Source of the DNA: an archaeon
Lineage (GTDB): Archaea; Nanobdellota; Nanobdellia; Woesearchaeales; GW2011-AR9
Direction of reading: 5' to 3'
DNA length: 64,000 nt
Assembly: GCA_030704845.1 (NCBI GenBank)
Contig: JAUYKZ010000006.1
Coordinates: forward strand, 18,046-82,045
How positions within the stretch are numbered: position 1 is the stretch's first letter; every line of letters starts with the position of its first letter. The notes below the pieces were generated by a model, which worked only from the letters and a program-made list of their open reading frames with translations, was not told where the DNA came from and did no database searches. Of this stretch, positions 49,978-60,205 are shown piece after piece. The position numbers and the translations under genes are program-made.

Positions 49978-50538
49978 TTAAGTAAATATTCTATATTTTT
50001 CTTTTCCATCCAATTCTGACATTATTCTTTTAACAATTGCTTGCTTTGGATTTGGCAATAGTTTAACTCTAGATTTAAGATCGTCAAAACCTTCAAATGG
50101 TCTTTCTCTTCTAGCTTCAAGGATTTCCCACATGTGTTTCTTACCTAAACCTGGAAGAAGTTCTAATTGATGCATTCTCATACTTAATGGTTGAGCCTTA
50201 TTGAAAAACTCAACAAACCGTTTCTCATCACTAGAAACTAATTTTTCAACCGCGTGAGGAAGTTCTGCCCTTGCCGTTGAAGTTAATTTCTCTGAAGGAA
50301 TTCTTCCTTTAATATGATGAATTTCATCCCGCTTACCTTCCCCGATGTAAACTTCCTGATGTAAATTAAGAAAAACATCTTTTTTAGGTATTAATTCAAG
50401 TAATGTAAGATGGCTTAATCCCAAAGCTTGAGCTATAGAACTTTTTAATGCACCCTGTTCAGTAGCATAGCCGTGTGGGAGAAAATCTAAAATAATCGCT
50501 TTTTCTTCCCGTACTTGTTGGCTTTGTTGTTGTTCCAT
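49978..50538 (-). CDS. DUF655/COG1491-like nucleic-acid-binding protein with a helix-hairpin-helix motif
   Basis: LELLPGLGKKHMWEIL HhH; conserved archaeal synteny L21e-RpoF-DUF655. Confidence 0.55.
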   Translation of the reverse strand: MEQQQSQQVREEKAIILDFLPHGYATEQGALKSSIAQALGLSHLTLLELIPKKDVFLNLHQEVYIGEGKRDEIHHIKGRIPSEKLTSTARAELPHAVEKLVSSDEKRFVEFFNKAQPLSMRMHQLELLPGLGKKHMWEILEARRERPFEGFDDLKSRVKLLPNPKQAIVKRIMSELDGKEKYRIFT

Positions 50539-50604
50539 TTTTGTTTTGTTTTCTTAGTAAGTAGTTTATCTTAATAAAAATTATGCTTTTTCCAAAGAAA
50601 AAGA

Positions 50605-50985
50605 TTATAGAACGGCCTTTACCGCATCAACAATGCTTTCCTGATCCTTTTTAGGAAGGCTTAGCGGGTATGCCTGAAATACTGTTTTCAAGTCATCCAC
50701 CGTTTTAGGTAGAAAATCGATAATTTTCACAAAATGTTCTTCTTTTAACCTAGTTAAATTAAGTTCTTGAAGTTTTTTAAGTAATTCTTCCCGTTTTTCT
50801 ACGGTAACAATTTCTAAAGAAAAGTTTTCTACAAAATCTTTAGCTCTAGTAGACCTGAAAGCTACTTCTGCTTCTATTTCAGTCACTTCTTTTAGAAGCT
50901 CCGCTACTTCACTTAAAGTTACTGGCTTCTCTCCTATAAATTCAGGGTTATGCATTGTGTGAATGTAAATGAATTGGATGTACAA
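50605..50985 (-). CDS. rpoF: DNA-directed RNA polymerase subunit F (Rpo4). The start is likely the internal Met at 50955.
   Basis: Synteny downstream of rpl21e; RpoF-like helical pattern VTLSEVAELLKEV ... VKIIDFLPKTVDDLKTVF. Confidence 0.6.
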   Translation of the reverse strand: MYIQFIYIHTMHNPEFIGEKPVTLSEVAELLKEVTEIEAEVAFRSTRAKDFVENFSLEIVTVEKREELLKKLQELNLTRLKEEHFVKIIDFLPKTVDDLKTVFQAYPLSLPKKDQESIVDAVKAVL

Positions 50986-51247
50986 AAACTAGTTTTTCCT
51001 TGTCACCATCACGGATTTTTACTTCATAGCAGGATCCCTGCAATTTTCCGGTGATTGTTCCTGTGAAACCATGAAATCTTGGGAAAAATCTTCCTTTTTG
51101 GACTGCTGGATGAAGTTTCATACCAACTTTTTCTCCTTTTTGGAATTCCTGAAAGTATTTACTAACAGAGATTTTTCCTTTTTCTCGGTAATTTCTAAGA
51201 AGCTTATGCCGAGTTTTCCTTTGTTTTGTTCCAATCCTAGTTACCAT
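50948..51247 (-). CDS. rpl21e: 50S ribosomal protein L21e (eL21)
   Basis: TRHKLLRNYREKGKISVSKYFQEFQKGEKVGMKLHPAVQKG. Confidence 0.85.
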   Translation of the reverse strand: MVTRIGTKQRKTRHKLLRNYREKGKISVSKYFQEFQKGEKVGMKLHPAVQKGRFFPRFHGFTGTITGKLQGSCYEVKIRDGDKEKLVFVHPIHLHSHNA

Positions 51248-51306
51248 AGCAGTCTGGGAGAACGGTTGGTTTATAAATATTACGCTTTAAACTTGAGATT
51301 TCTGGT

Positions 51307-52086
51307 CTAAGACCCATCATTTCTCTGTTGTTTTAATATATTTTCATAAATTGATAAATTCCCGATTTCAAGCTCAGCTATGGTGAAGATAGCAATCCCC
51401 AAGCTATATTTACCCGGCCTTGGGAACTGAAATTTAGTTCTTTTTCGTTCATCAGATCCTGAAATTTTCTGCATAAATTCTTTTCTGGGGTTTACATTAT
51501 GACCTCTGCAAAGAAGATCATAAACCATAACTAAGGCTTTATGTGTTTCTTCATGAACTGGCCTATACCATCTTGAATCGTTTTCTGTTCTAGCCTTAAC
51601 TAAAGAACCCCACCGTTCAATACGCATGGCATAGCCTTCTAGGAAAATGTCGTTTAAGGAAAGTAATCTCATATCTTTTAGTTGCGTTGCCCTATATGAA
51701 ATATGATGAGCATATTCATGCAAACAATGAGAATAAACCCGTGCTTCGTCTCTTGGCCAGAGAGTTATTTCTCTTCGAGATGGAGAATATAAACTAGCAG
51801 GAAATTTGATCATTTTCTCAAAAAAACTGTAAAATCTAACTTCTTTAACTGGTGGTGGATTTACTCTAAGAAATCCGTCAACAAATCTTTTAGCTTCTTC
51901 AAAAACTGCTGGAAGTTCTTTCTTTGAAACTCGTTTATCTTTAGTTTTACGTGCCGGAAGAGATTTCATAGTTCTTTCTTCCATTGAAATAATTTCTTCT
52001 AGTGCTTCAACAAAATGTTTGTCAGAGTGAATAAGTTCTTTAAGAGCGTTATCCGTTACAGATTCCAGATATTGTCTAGGGATCAT
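51307..52086 (-). CDS. Hypothetical protein with an HExxH motif (LHEYAHH), possible metallopeptidase-like
   Basis: Motif only. Confidence 0.35.
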   Translation of the reverse strand: MIPRQYLESVTDNALKELIHSDKHFVEALEEIISMEERTMKSLPARKTKDKRVSKKELPAVFEEAKRFVDGFLRVNPPPVKEVRFYSFFEKMIKFPASLYSPSRREITLWPRDEARVYSHCLHEYAHHISYRATQLKDMRLLSLNDIFLEGYAMRIERWGSLVKARTENDSRWYRPVHEETHKALVMVYDLLCRGHNVNPRKEFMQKISGSDERKRTKFQFPRPGKYSLGIAIFTIAELEIGNLSIYENILKQQRNDGS

Positions 52087-52197
52087 TTAGGCACTTAAAC
52101 AGAGATCTATTTAAAAACTTTAGCAGAGAAATTGAATTAAACCAAGTATCAATTTCCGACCAAAACCCTAATAAAAGAACTAAGAAATTAATTAGCC

Positions 52198-53889
52198 ATG
52201 TCTTGGGAGATAGCACTTACAGAAATCATTGAACAAATTAAATTACAAAACATAACAGCTCAAGCATCATTAAATTTTCTTAAAAGAGATATTTCTAAAA
52301 AGTATAAACTTCCAAGAACACCAACAAACATTGAAATTCTTCTTTCGCTACCTGAAGAAGCTATCCCCGATTATAAAAAAATTCTTTTAACAAAACCAAC
52401 CAGAACAATTTCAGGAGTTTCGCCAGTTGCTATCATGACCAAACCAGACAGATGTCCACATGGTAAATGTACTTTCTGTCCAGGTGGAATTAATTCGCCG
52501 TGGGGAGATGTTCCTCAATCATATTCCGGCCACGAACCAGCAACAATGAGGGGAATTAGAAACGATTATGATGCATATTTACAGGTGTTTAATCGGCTAC
52601 AACAATATGTTCTGTTAGGACAAACCCTTGATAAAATAGAAATCATTGTTATGGGAGGGACATTCACCGCAACACCTAAAGAATACCAAGAAGAATTCAT
52701 TCTAGGAGCATTTCAAGCCATGAACGATTTCTCAGAATTATTTTTTGATCAGAATGGAGAAGTAGATTACCTTAAATTCAAACAATATTTCCTTCTTCCA
52801 GGAAAACTTCATGACAAAGTGCGTGAAGAAAAAATAAAACAGAAAGTTGCCGAAAATAAATTAAGAAGAGTTACAACCCTAGAAGAAGAACAGGTTAAAA
52901 ATGAAAATTCTGCGGTGAGATGTGTAGCATTATGCATTGAAACCAAACCGGACTGGGGATTCCTGGAACATGGAAACGAAATGTTACGGCAAGGTTGCAC
53001 CAGAGTAGAATTAGGTATCCAATCTGTTTACGATGATGTACTTGAATATGTGCATCGAGGACATACAACTCAAGATTCAATTAAATCTATTCAAATTTTG
53101 CGTGACTTAGGCTTCAAGATTAATTTCCATTACATGCCTGGATTGCCATTAACCAATTACAAAAGAGACATGGACGGCATGAAACAATTATTTTCTGATC
53201 CAGACTACTGCCCAGACATGATTAAGTTATATCCATGTATGGTTGGTCCAGGGACTGCATTGTATCATCAATGGAAAAAAGGTGAATTCACTCCAATAAC
53301 TACAGAAGAAGCTGCAAAGAGAGTAGCAGAATTTTATGATTTTGTACCGGAATATTGCAGAATTCAACGAGTTCAAAGAGATGTTCCAACAAAATTCTGG
53401 GAAGCTGGTGTTGATAGAACAAATCTCCGCCAATATGCCGATGAAAAATATGGCGTAAGTTCCAGAGATATCAGAGCTAGAGAACCAAAAGGTAAAGATA
53501 TTAATTGGGAAAATATTCAAATACGTGTTACCGAATTTGCTGCATCTAAAGGAAAAGAATTTTTTATCCAAGCAGAAGATCCACAGAACGATGTGATTAT
53601 CGGTTTCTGTAGATTACGATTTCCGAAAGAGTTCCTTAGAGAGGAGATTATAGAAGGAAGTGCTTTGTTAAGAGAACTTCATGTTTATGGAACAGCTACA
53701 GCTATTGGAGAAAAAGGAGTTGTACAACATAAGGGATGGGGAAGAAAATTAATGGAGAAAGCTGAAGAGATAGCTAAAGAACATGGAAAAATTAAAATGG
53801 TGGTTATCTCGGGAGTTGGTGTGAAAGAATATTATAGAAAAAAATTGGGATATCATAAAGAAGGACCATACATGGTAAAGGAGTTATAA
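52198..53889 (+). CDS. elp3: Elongator protein 3 homologue (radical SAM + GNAT)
   Basis: CPHGKCTFCPGG radical SAM; C-terminal GNAT HKGWGRKLMEKAEEIAKEHG. Confidence 0.85.
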   Translation: MSWEIALTEIIEQIKLQNITAQASLNFLKRDISKKYKLPRTPTNIEILLSLPEEAIPDYKKILLTKPTRTISGVSPVAIMTKPDRCPHGKCTFCPGGINSPWGDVPQSYSGHEPATMRGIRNDYDAYLQVFNRLQQYVLLGQTLDKIEIIVMGGTFTATPKEYQEEFILGAFQAMNDFSELFFDQNGEVDYLKFKQYFLLPGKLHDKVREEKIKQKVAENKLRRVTTLEEEQVKNENSAVRCVALCIETKPDWGFLEHGNEMLRQGCTRVELGIQSVYDDVLEYVHRGHTTQDSIKSIQILRDLGFKINFHYMPGLPLTNYKRDMDGMKQLFSDPDYCPDMIKLYPCMVGPGTALYHQWKKGEFTPITTEEAAKRVAEFYDFVPEYCRIQRVQRDVPTKFWEAGVDRTNLRQYADEKYGVSSRDIRAREPKGKDINWENIQIRVTEFAASKGKEFFIQAEDPQNDVIIGFCRLRFPKEFLREEIIEGSALLRELHVYGTATAIGEKGVVQHKGWGRKLMEKAEEIAKEHGKIKMVVISGVGVKEYYRKKLGYHKEGPYMVKEL

Positions 53890-53890
53890 A

Positions 53891-54274
53891 ATGACATATT
53901 TGGTGATAAGTAATAGGGAATATTTTGTTAACAAAGAAGGATTGACTAAAAAAGAATATAAGGATTTAATTAAAATATTTGTAGAAACAATTTTATCGTT
54001 ATCCAAACCGTTCTTACAAAAGGATAGATTAAATTTTGTGAGAGGAAGTATTGACAATCTAGAAAGAGTTGTCAGTGAATATTTTACTGCCGATAAGCCC
54101 AGAATTGAAGAAGATAATGATGGATTCTTTCCACCACATAATTGGTTAGCTTACGAATTAAACGGGAAAACGATTGTAATCGATCCAAGTTATGGATACA
54201 TAGGTATACCCCAATTTGCTGAAGGTGGTGGTTTTACTTATTATATGACTAAACAACCCACATTTAATTATTAA
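53891..54274 (+). CDS. Hypothetical protein
   Basis: ORF 1 nt after elp3. Confidence 0.35.
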   Translation: MTYLVISNREYFVNKEGLTKKEYKDLIKIFVETILSLSKPFLQKDRLNFVRGSIDNLERVVSEYFTADKPRIEEDNDGFFPPHNWLAYELNGKTIVIDPSYGYIGIPQFAEGGGFTYYMTKQPTFNY

Positions 54275-54579
54275 TCTCTTGGAATTAAAGTGTATTTTGC
54301 ATTAAGTCCTTCATGGGTTAATGAAGCATAATTTCCAGAAATTTTAACCAACCCAGCTTTTTCTAATTGTCTTATCCTAGATTCTAATGAAGGGTTTGGC
54401 CCAGTGATTAACTTTTTTTTAGTATCATAGATGTCTTTTAACAATATGGCATCTGGCGGGATTATAGTGTGTGTGGAAGTTAAAACAGAACTGGCTCTAT
54501 AGGTGATTACACAACTGTGATAAGCATCTAAATATCGAGGAATGTCCCCAATGGCAATATTTTCAAGTTTATCTACCAT
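54271..54579 (-). CDS. Hypothetical protein
   Basis: ORF only. Confidence 0.3.
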   Translation of the reverse strand: MVDKLENIAIGDIPRYLDAYHSCVITYRASSVLTSTHTIIPPDAILLKDIYDTKKKLITGPNPSLESRIRQLEKAGLVKISGNYASLTHEGLNAKYTLIPRD

Positions 54580-54650
54580 GCCCTTGGGATATTTTAGTTA
54601 TTTAAATATTTAATGTGAAAATTTATAAAAACGGTGGTTAAATAGACAAC

Positions 54651-55406
54651 ATGTTATATATTATAGGAATCGGTTTAAGCAACGAGAAAGATATCACAGT
54701 TAAAGGACTGGAAGCAGTAAAACACTGTGAGAAGATTTACGTAGAGAATTATACCTCACTTCTTCAATGTTCATTGCAAGATCTTGAAAAGTTTTATGGT
54801 AAAGAAATAACTCCGGCTCCGAGAGATTTAGCGGAACAAGGAGTTGACCAGATCATTAAAGAAGCAGAAGAAAAAAATGTTGCATTTTTGGTTATAGGAG
54901 ATCCGTTCTCAGCAACAACTCACGTAGAGATATTTAAACAAGCAAAATTGCTCGGAATTAAAGTTGAAATTATCCATAATGCTTCAGTTCTTACAGCGGT
55001 TGGAATTACAGGATTACAATTATACCAATTTGGCAAAACTACTTCCATCCCTTTCCTTGAAGACCATCCAAATTTAGAGACACCATATAATGTGATTTTA
55101 GAAAATAAAAAGAATGGATTACACACTCTTTGTTTATTAGATATTAAAGCTGATCAGAATAAATTTATGACGGTTTCACAAGCTTTGGAAGTCTTGAAGG
55201 ACATAGAGATACGTAAAGAAGAAGGATTGGTAAATGATGATCTTCTAGTTATCGGTTGCGCTCGTTTAGGAAGTGACGATTTCATTGTTAAAGCTGGAAC
55301 CGTTTCAGAAATTAAAAAGATGGATTTCGGAAAACAACCACATTGTTTAGTAATTCCAGGTAAGATGCATTTTATCGAAGAAGAAATGCTTGAATTATGG
55401 AAGTAG
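54651..55406 (+). CDS. dph5: Diphthine synthase
   Basis: MLYIIGIGLSNEKDITVKGLEAVKHCEKIYVENYTS; TTTATAAA 20 nt upstream (leaderless). Confidence 0.85.
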   Translation: MLYIIGIGLSNEKDITVKGLEAVKHCEKIYVENYTSLLQCSLQDLEKFYGKEITPAPRDLAEQGVDQIIKEAEEKNVAFLVIGDPFSATTHVEIFKQAKLLGIKVEIIHNASVLTAVGITGLQLYQFGKTTSIPFLEDHPNLETPYNVILENKKNGLHTLCLLDIKADQNKFMTVSQALEVLKDIEIRKEEGLVNDDLLVIGCARLGSDDFIVKAGTVSEIKKMDFGKQPHCLVIPGKMHFIEEEMLELWK

Positions 55407-55417
55407 AAATTAGTTAA

Positions 55418-55678
55418 CTATTTACGCTTACCAATTGTCAAATTTAATTCTTTGATACAAGATTGGAGGAGTTGACAAATATCGTCGCTTTCTATCCATG
55501 AATCTCTAATACTAGAAATATAATCCAACCCTTGTTGAGTTAGAAATTGTCTGTTATCAAAGTGTTCTGGTTGAAAACCATATTTATCGTTTTTAAAAAC
55601 TGTATCCAAAAAATATAACGAGCCCGCAAAGCAGGATAAAACAAACAAATCCGATAATTCATTGATATATTTTCCCAT
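55418..55678 (-). CDS. Hypothetical small protein
   Basis: ORF only. Confidence 0.25.
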   Translation of the reverse strand: MGKYINELSDLFVLSCFAGSLYFLDTVFKNDKYGFQPEHFDNRQFLTQQGLDYISSIRDSWIESDDICQLLQSCIKELNLTIGKRK

Positions 55679-55706
55679 TATTATTTTTTAGAACAAACAG
55701 ACATAT

Positions 55707-56855
55707 TCAAAAAACCTGGCCCGTAAATCCTTCCTCAGCTGCTGCTTTCTTAAGATATCGTCTTTCGTCTTTAATTACAACATCAAAATCAAACAAACTT
55801 CTTTCTATTTGAACCTCAACTACTTCCCAATTTACTTCATCATTCTCAGAGACTTCAACACGCACATACCTTTTTTTCTTAGGGGTTAGTTTCCTAGTTT
55901 CTTCATCCAGGATATATTCATCACGCCAAGTATCTGGATGAATTACTACCCACCCGTCTTTCTCTTCAATATACTTTTTATGGATATGACCCAAAATATG
56001 AACCTTATTCTGCAATCGTTTTCTTCGTTTACGTTTCGTTTTAAATTTTTCAACGATATCATCCAAATCCCAATGAACACTCTTAATTCTTCGATATAAT
56101 TCACGGAACAATTCTCTGGGCATCATGTAATAAGTGGGATCATAAAAATATCTGAATGGGTAGTATAATGTGCTCTTGATAACGTAGTCTAACGAACGCC
56201 AACTTAATTTTTTTAAAACAACTTTATGGTGTGAAAATAAAACTGGATACGGACTGATTCTTTCAAGGAATGGGTGTTCTTCTTTAAGATTCATGAATTT
56301 ACTTACGACACTTAACGAAATCCAGGGGATGTTCAGAATTTTCTGTTTACGATATGTAAGAAATGGCCGTTTAGGATTTATTCTATTTAAGAAATCTAAC
56401 TGATGACCATGTTCAGCATAAACATTATGATAATGGTATTGAAGTCTGAAATAAATATTAGAATGACTCTTTAACAGAGATTTTATCTTTGTCTGAACTT
56501 TTTTGAAAAACAAATCGTGATCATGATTGCCAATAATAAAGAATATTTTGTTTTTCTTTTTCTGACAGAACTGTTTAAGAGCATCAAAAACCAGTTTATG
56601 GGCCTTATAGATACCAGCTAATTTGCCTAAAGATACATCTTCTGTAATATGCCTCGGAAAATTCTTTTTACCATTTTCAATGTATGGACATTTCAAAAAA
56701 TCTAAAGTGTCTCCATTTAAAACTAAATCAATCGGATGTTCCCGCTTACTTAAATCAACTATTAAAGAAGAAAGAGCTCCATCGCTGATAAAATCATCCG
56801 TCAAAGTGCCAGCCCCGAGTTCTATATCACCAAGAACTATGATTTCCTTCTTCAT
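55707..56855 (-). CDS. Calcineurin-like metallophosphoesterase
   Basis: VLGDIELGAG, LNGDTLDF, GNHDHD motifs. Confidence 0.65.
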   Translation of the reverse strand: MKKEIIVLGDIELGAGTLTDDFISDGALSSLIVDLSKREHPIDLVLNGDTLDFLKCPYIENGKKNFPRHITEDVSLGKLAGIYKAHKLVFDALKQFCQKKKNKIFFIIGNHDHDLFFKKVQTKIKSLLKSHSNIYFRLQYHYHNVYAEHGHQLDFLNRINPKRPFLTYRKQKILNIPWISLSVVSKFMNLKEEHPFLERISPYPVLFSHHKVVLKKLSWRSLDYVIKSTLYYPFRYFYDPTYYMMPRELFRELYRRIKSVHWDLDDIVEKFKTKRKRRKRLQNKVHILGHIHKKYIEEKDGWVVIHPDTWRDEYILDEETRKLTPKKKRYVRVEVSENDEVNWEVVEVQIERSLFDFDVVIKDERRYLKKAAAEEGFTGQVF

Positions 56856-56947
56856 TACTGAGATGTAAGGAAAATATCTATTTAAATATTTGGGAATATA
56901 ACTGATTATTCTAATTCGCTAACTTTATAAGCTTCTTTTCCTTTATA

Positions 56948-57568
56948 ATGAATATGATAAAAGTAAAAATCATATCTGTAGATTTCCAAAAAGATTTTAC
57001 TTCAAAAGGGGGAGTATGTTATAAACAGCGCCAAAGCGTGGGATTCATAAAGAAAATTCTAGTACCTTTTTTAAGAGAACATAAGATAAAAATTGCTGAA
57101 ATAATCTCAGATTATAGACAACCTCGTCCAGGAGATAAAGGCGATTGTTGTCACCCAGGTGAGAATGGTTATGAATCTGAAATCCCCGAAGATGTAAAGT
57201 TGAAAAATATTTGGATTAAGTGTATGAATTCACCAATATGGGTTAGAAACAATATCGGTCTTGCCAATAAAAAACCAGGACTTCCTTATCAAGATATAAA
57301 TTATTTTAACAAATGGTTAGAAACAGTTATTGGTAAACCTAAAGATGTTGACGAAGTGATATTAATTGGTTTAACTGTTGATTGCTGCGTATTATGTCTA
57401 GCACAAGAACTGAATTGGCGGGGTTATAACGTTAAAATTCTTGAAGAAGCCGTTGATAGTTACAACGGAGGTACAATAGAAAAGAAACAGATACTTGATA
57501 ATCCACCATTAGCTAATTGGGCCAATAAAATTTCTTGGAAAAAACTTCGAAGTAAACTTTTAGAATAG
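56948..57568 (+). CDS. Isochorismatase-like cysteine hydrolase family protein. Tentative.
   Basis: ILIGLTVDCCVLCLAQEL resembles the catalytic-Cys motif. Confidence 0.45.
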   Translation: MNMIKVKIISVDFQKDFTSKGGVCYKQRQSVGFIKKILVPFLREHKIKIAEIISDYRQPRPGDKGDCCHPGENGYESEIPEDVKLKNIWIKCMNSPIWVRNNIGLANKKPGLPYQDINYFNKWLETVIGKPKDVDEVILIGLTVDCCVLCLAQELNWRGYNVKILEEAVDSYNGGTIEKKQILDNPPLANWANKISWKKLRSKLLE

Positions 57569-57601
57569 TTTAAATGAAATGGTTAATAATTATAAACCAA
57601 C

Positions 57602-60103
57602 TCAATACTCTCCTAAATTCTTCTGATCTTCTAATTTCTTAGCATTAAGCTTTTTCATCATATCATCATCTTTCTCAAGCAAATTTTGAATTTCTCTAGC
57701 TCTTAAAACTACTTCGGAAGGCAAACCAGCTAATTGAGCAACATGAATCCCATAACTTTGATCGGTACTTCCCGGAATCAATTTATGTAAGAAAACAACG
57801 TCCCCTTTTTTTTCTCGGACAGCAATAGTATAATTCTTTACCCGGCTACATTTATCAGCAAGTTTATTCATAACATGATAATGGGTAGCAAACAAAGTTT
57901 TTGCCTTAATTGAATTATAAATATGTTCAGCGACACTCCAAGCAATAGATACCCCATCGAAAGTAGAAGTTCCCCTACCGATTTCATCAAGAATAATTAA
58001 ACTTTTACGGGTAGCATTGTTAAGAATTGATGCTGTTTCGTTCATCTCAACCATGAATGTAGATTGACCTGAAGTTAAATCATCATGCGCTCCAACCCGG
58101 GTGAATATTCTATCAGTGATTCCTAATATCACTTCTTCCGCTGGTACGAAAGAACCAATCTGTGCCATTAAAACAATTAATGCTGTTTGACGCATAACTG
58201 TTGATTTCCCAGCCATGTTTGGACCAGTGATAATCATCATTTCGCCGTTGTTAAGAAGAACATCGTTAGCGATAAAACGAGGAGTGTATTGTTCAATTAC
58301 CGGATGACGACCGTTTTTAATGTGAAGAATATTATCTTCTACAAATAAAGGTTTAACATAATTGTGTTCCGCGGCAACTTTCGCAAATGAACAAAGAACG
58401 TCAAGTGCTGCAAGATGAATCGATGCTTGCTGAATTTCAGAAGTTTTCTCAGAGATTGTATGAAGAAGTTCTTGATATAAAGAATATTCTAATTCCACCA
58501 TTTTTTCTTGAGCTCCAAGAATTTTTTCTTCTTCCAATTTTAATTCTTCAGTAATATAGCGTTCAGAATTAGCTGTCGTTTGTTTCCGGATATATGATGG
58601 CGGAACCAAAGAAACATTTTTTCTAGTTACCTCAATATAATATCCGAAAACTCTAGTGTAACCAATCTTCAAAGTAGAAATTCCGGTTTTTTCTTTCTCC
58701 CGTTGTTCCAATTTTTGTAAGTAAGATTTACTATTTTTAGTTATCTCAGTAAGCGCAGCCAATTCTTGGTTATAACCTGGTTTAATCATGCCACCTTCAC
58801 GCAAGGTTAATGGAGCATCCACACGGATAGAATTCTCAAGCAAAGCCTGAACCCATTCCAAACTTTTAACCTCTTTAACATTGTTAAAAAAATGTCCAGA
58901 TAACGAATGTAGAACTTTCTGAATTTTTGGAATTTGAGCTAGTGACTGTTTCATCGCCAGAAGATCTTTCGGATTAGCGTTCCCATAATTAATTCGACTG
59001 ATTAATCTTTCCATGTCATATAAATTACGGAAAAGTTCGTTCAATTCTTCGCGGATAATTAAATTTTTTACGAGAACTTCTACTGTCCCAAGACGTTGAT
59101 CAATCATCTCAACATGTAGTAAAGGATTTTTCAACCATTGTTTAAGCATACGTGCACCCATTGCGGTAACAGTTTTATCTAACACCTCCAACAAAGTTCC
59201 TTTGGAAGAACCGTCACGCATATTTTTTACAAGTTCTAAATTACGGTAAGTGCTTCCTTCAAGTAACATAGTTAACGTATTGCTTCGTACAGAAATTTTT
59301 GTGATATGATTTAATGATTTTCTCTGAGTTTCGGTAAGGTAATATAACAAAGCTCCCGCGGAAGAAATAGTTTTATCATATTCACTCATTCCAAAAGAGT
59401 CTAAAGAAGTTTTATTGAAATGTTCAAGTAAAACTGACCTCGCCGTATCCATCTTGAAATGAGAATCATCTAACGGATTAAGAAAACAACCCGCATCTTT
59501 CATCTTCTTAATTATCTCTTGATTTACTTGTAAGCTTGCCGGGATTAAACATTCTCGCGGACTAAATCTGATTAATTCATTAAGAGCCGAAGAGAAAGAA
59601 GGATGAGTTGTAGTGAAAAATTCGCCAGTAGAAAAATCAGAAAATGCTAACGCGAAAGAATTACCAAACGATGTTAAAGCTGCCAGATAATTGTTTTCGT
59701 TTTCTTCAAGCAAGGAAGATTCAATTAGTGTACCAGGAGTTACAATTCTAACAAGACCGCGTTTCACTAACCCTTTTGCTTTCTTTGGATCTTCAAGTTG
59801 TTCAATGATTGCTACTTTATGTCCCTTTTTTACAAGTCTACCTAAGTAAGGTTCTAATGCATGAAAAGGTATCCCCGCTAAAGGGGCTCGTTTCTCACCT
59901 TGGCCTCTCGCCGTAAGAGTGATTTCTAATTCTCTTGAAGCGGTTATTGCGTCTTCATAGAACATTTCATAAAAATCGCCCATCCGAAGCATTATTAAAC
60001 AATCAGGATTTGCCATTTTAGCTTCCTGATATTGCTTCATTCCGGGAGTTAATTGCGAGGACGGAATGTTCAGAATACTTACCTCTTTAATCTCGTCCAC
60101 CAT
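57602..60103 (-). CDS. mutS: DNA mismatch repair protein MutS
   Basis: Walker A GPNMAGKSTVMRQ; DEIGRGTSTFDG; N-terminal mismatch-binding region. Confidence 0.9.
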   Translation of the reverse strand: MVDEIKEVSILNIPSSQLTPGMKQYQEAKMANPDCLIMLRMGDFYEMFYEDAITASRELEITLTARGQGEKRAPLAGIPFHALEPYLGRLVKKGHKVAIIEQLEDPKKAKGLVKRGLVRIVTPGTLIESSLLEENENNYLAALTSFGNSFALAFSDFSTGEFFTTTHPSFSSALNELIRFSPRECLIPASLQVNQEIIKKMKDAGCFLNPLDDSHFKMDTARSVLLEHFNKTSLDSFGMSEYDKTISSAGALLYYLTETQRKSLNHITKISVRSNTLTMLLEGSTYRNLELVKNMRDGSSKGTLLEVLDKTVTAMGARMLKQWLKNPLLHVEMIDQRLGTVEVLVKNLIIREELNELFRNLYDMERLISRINYGNANPKDLLAMKQSLAQIPKIQKVLHSLSGHFFNNVKEVKSLEWVQALLENSIRVDAPLTLREGGMIKPGYNQELAALTEITKNSKSYLQKLEQREKEKTGISTLKIGYTRVFGYYIEVTRKNVSLVPPSYIRKQTTANSERYITEELKLEEEKILGAQEKMVELEYSLYQELLHTISEKTSEIQQASIHLAALDVLCSFAKVAAEHNYVKPLFVEDNILHIKNGRHPVIEQYTPRFIANDVLLNNGEMMIITGPNMAGKSTVMRQTALIVLMAQIGSFVPAEEVILGITDRIFTRVGAHDDLTSGQSTFMVEMNETASILNNATRKSLIILDEIGRGTSTFDGVSIAWSVAEHIYNSIKAKTLFATHYHVMNKLADKCSRVKNYTIAVREKKGDVVFLHKLIPGSTDQSYGIHVAQLAGLPSEVVLRAREIQNLLEKDDDMMKKLNAKKLEDQKNLGEY

Positions 60104-60205
60104 AAGATTATTTGTTATGATTGATTTTAAAAAGATTGTTGTGATTGAGCGTTAAACTGGAAAAGAACAGAACTATCCAAAACATTTAAAAAACACCACC
60201 TTACA

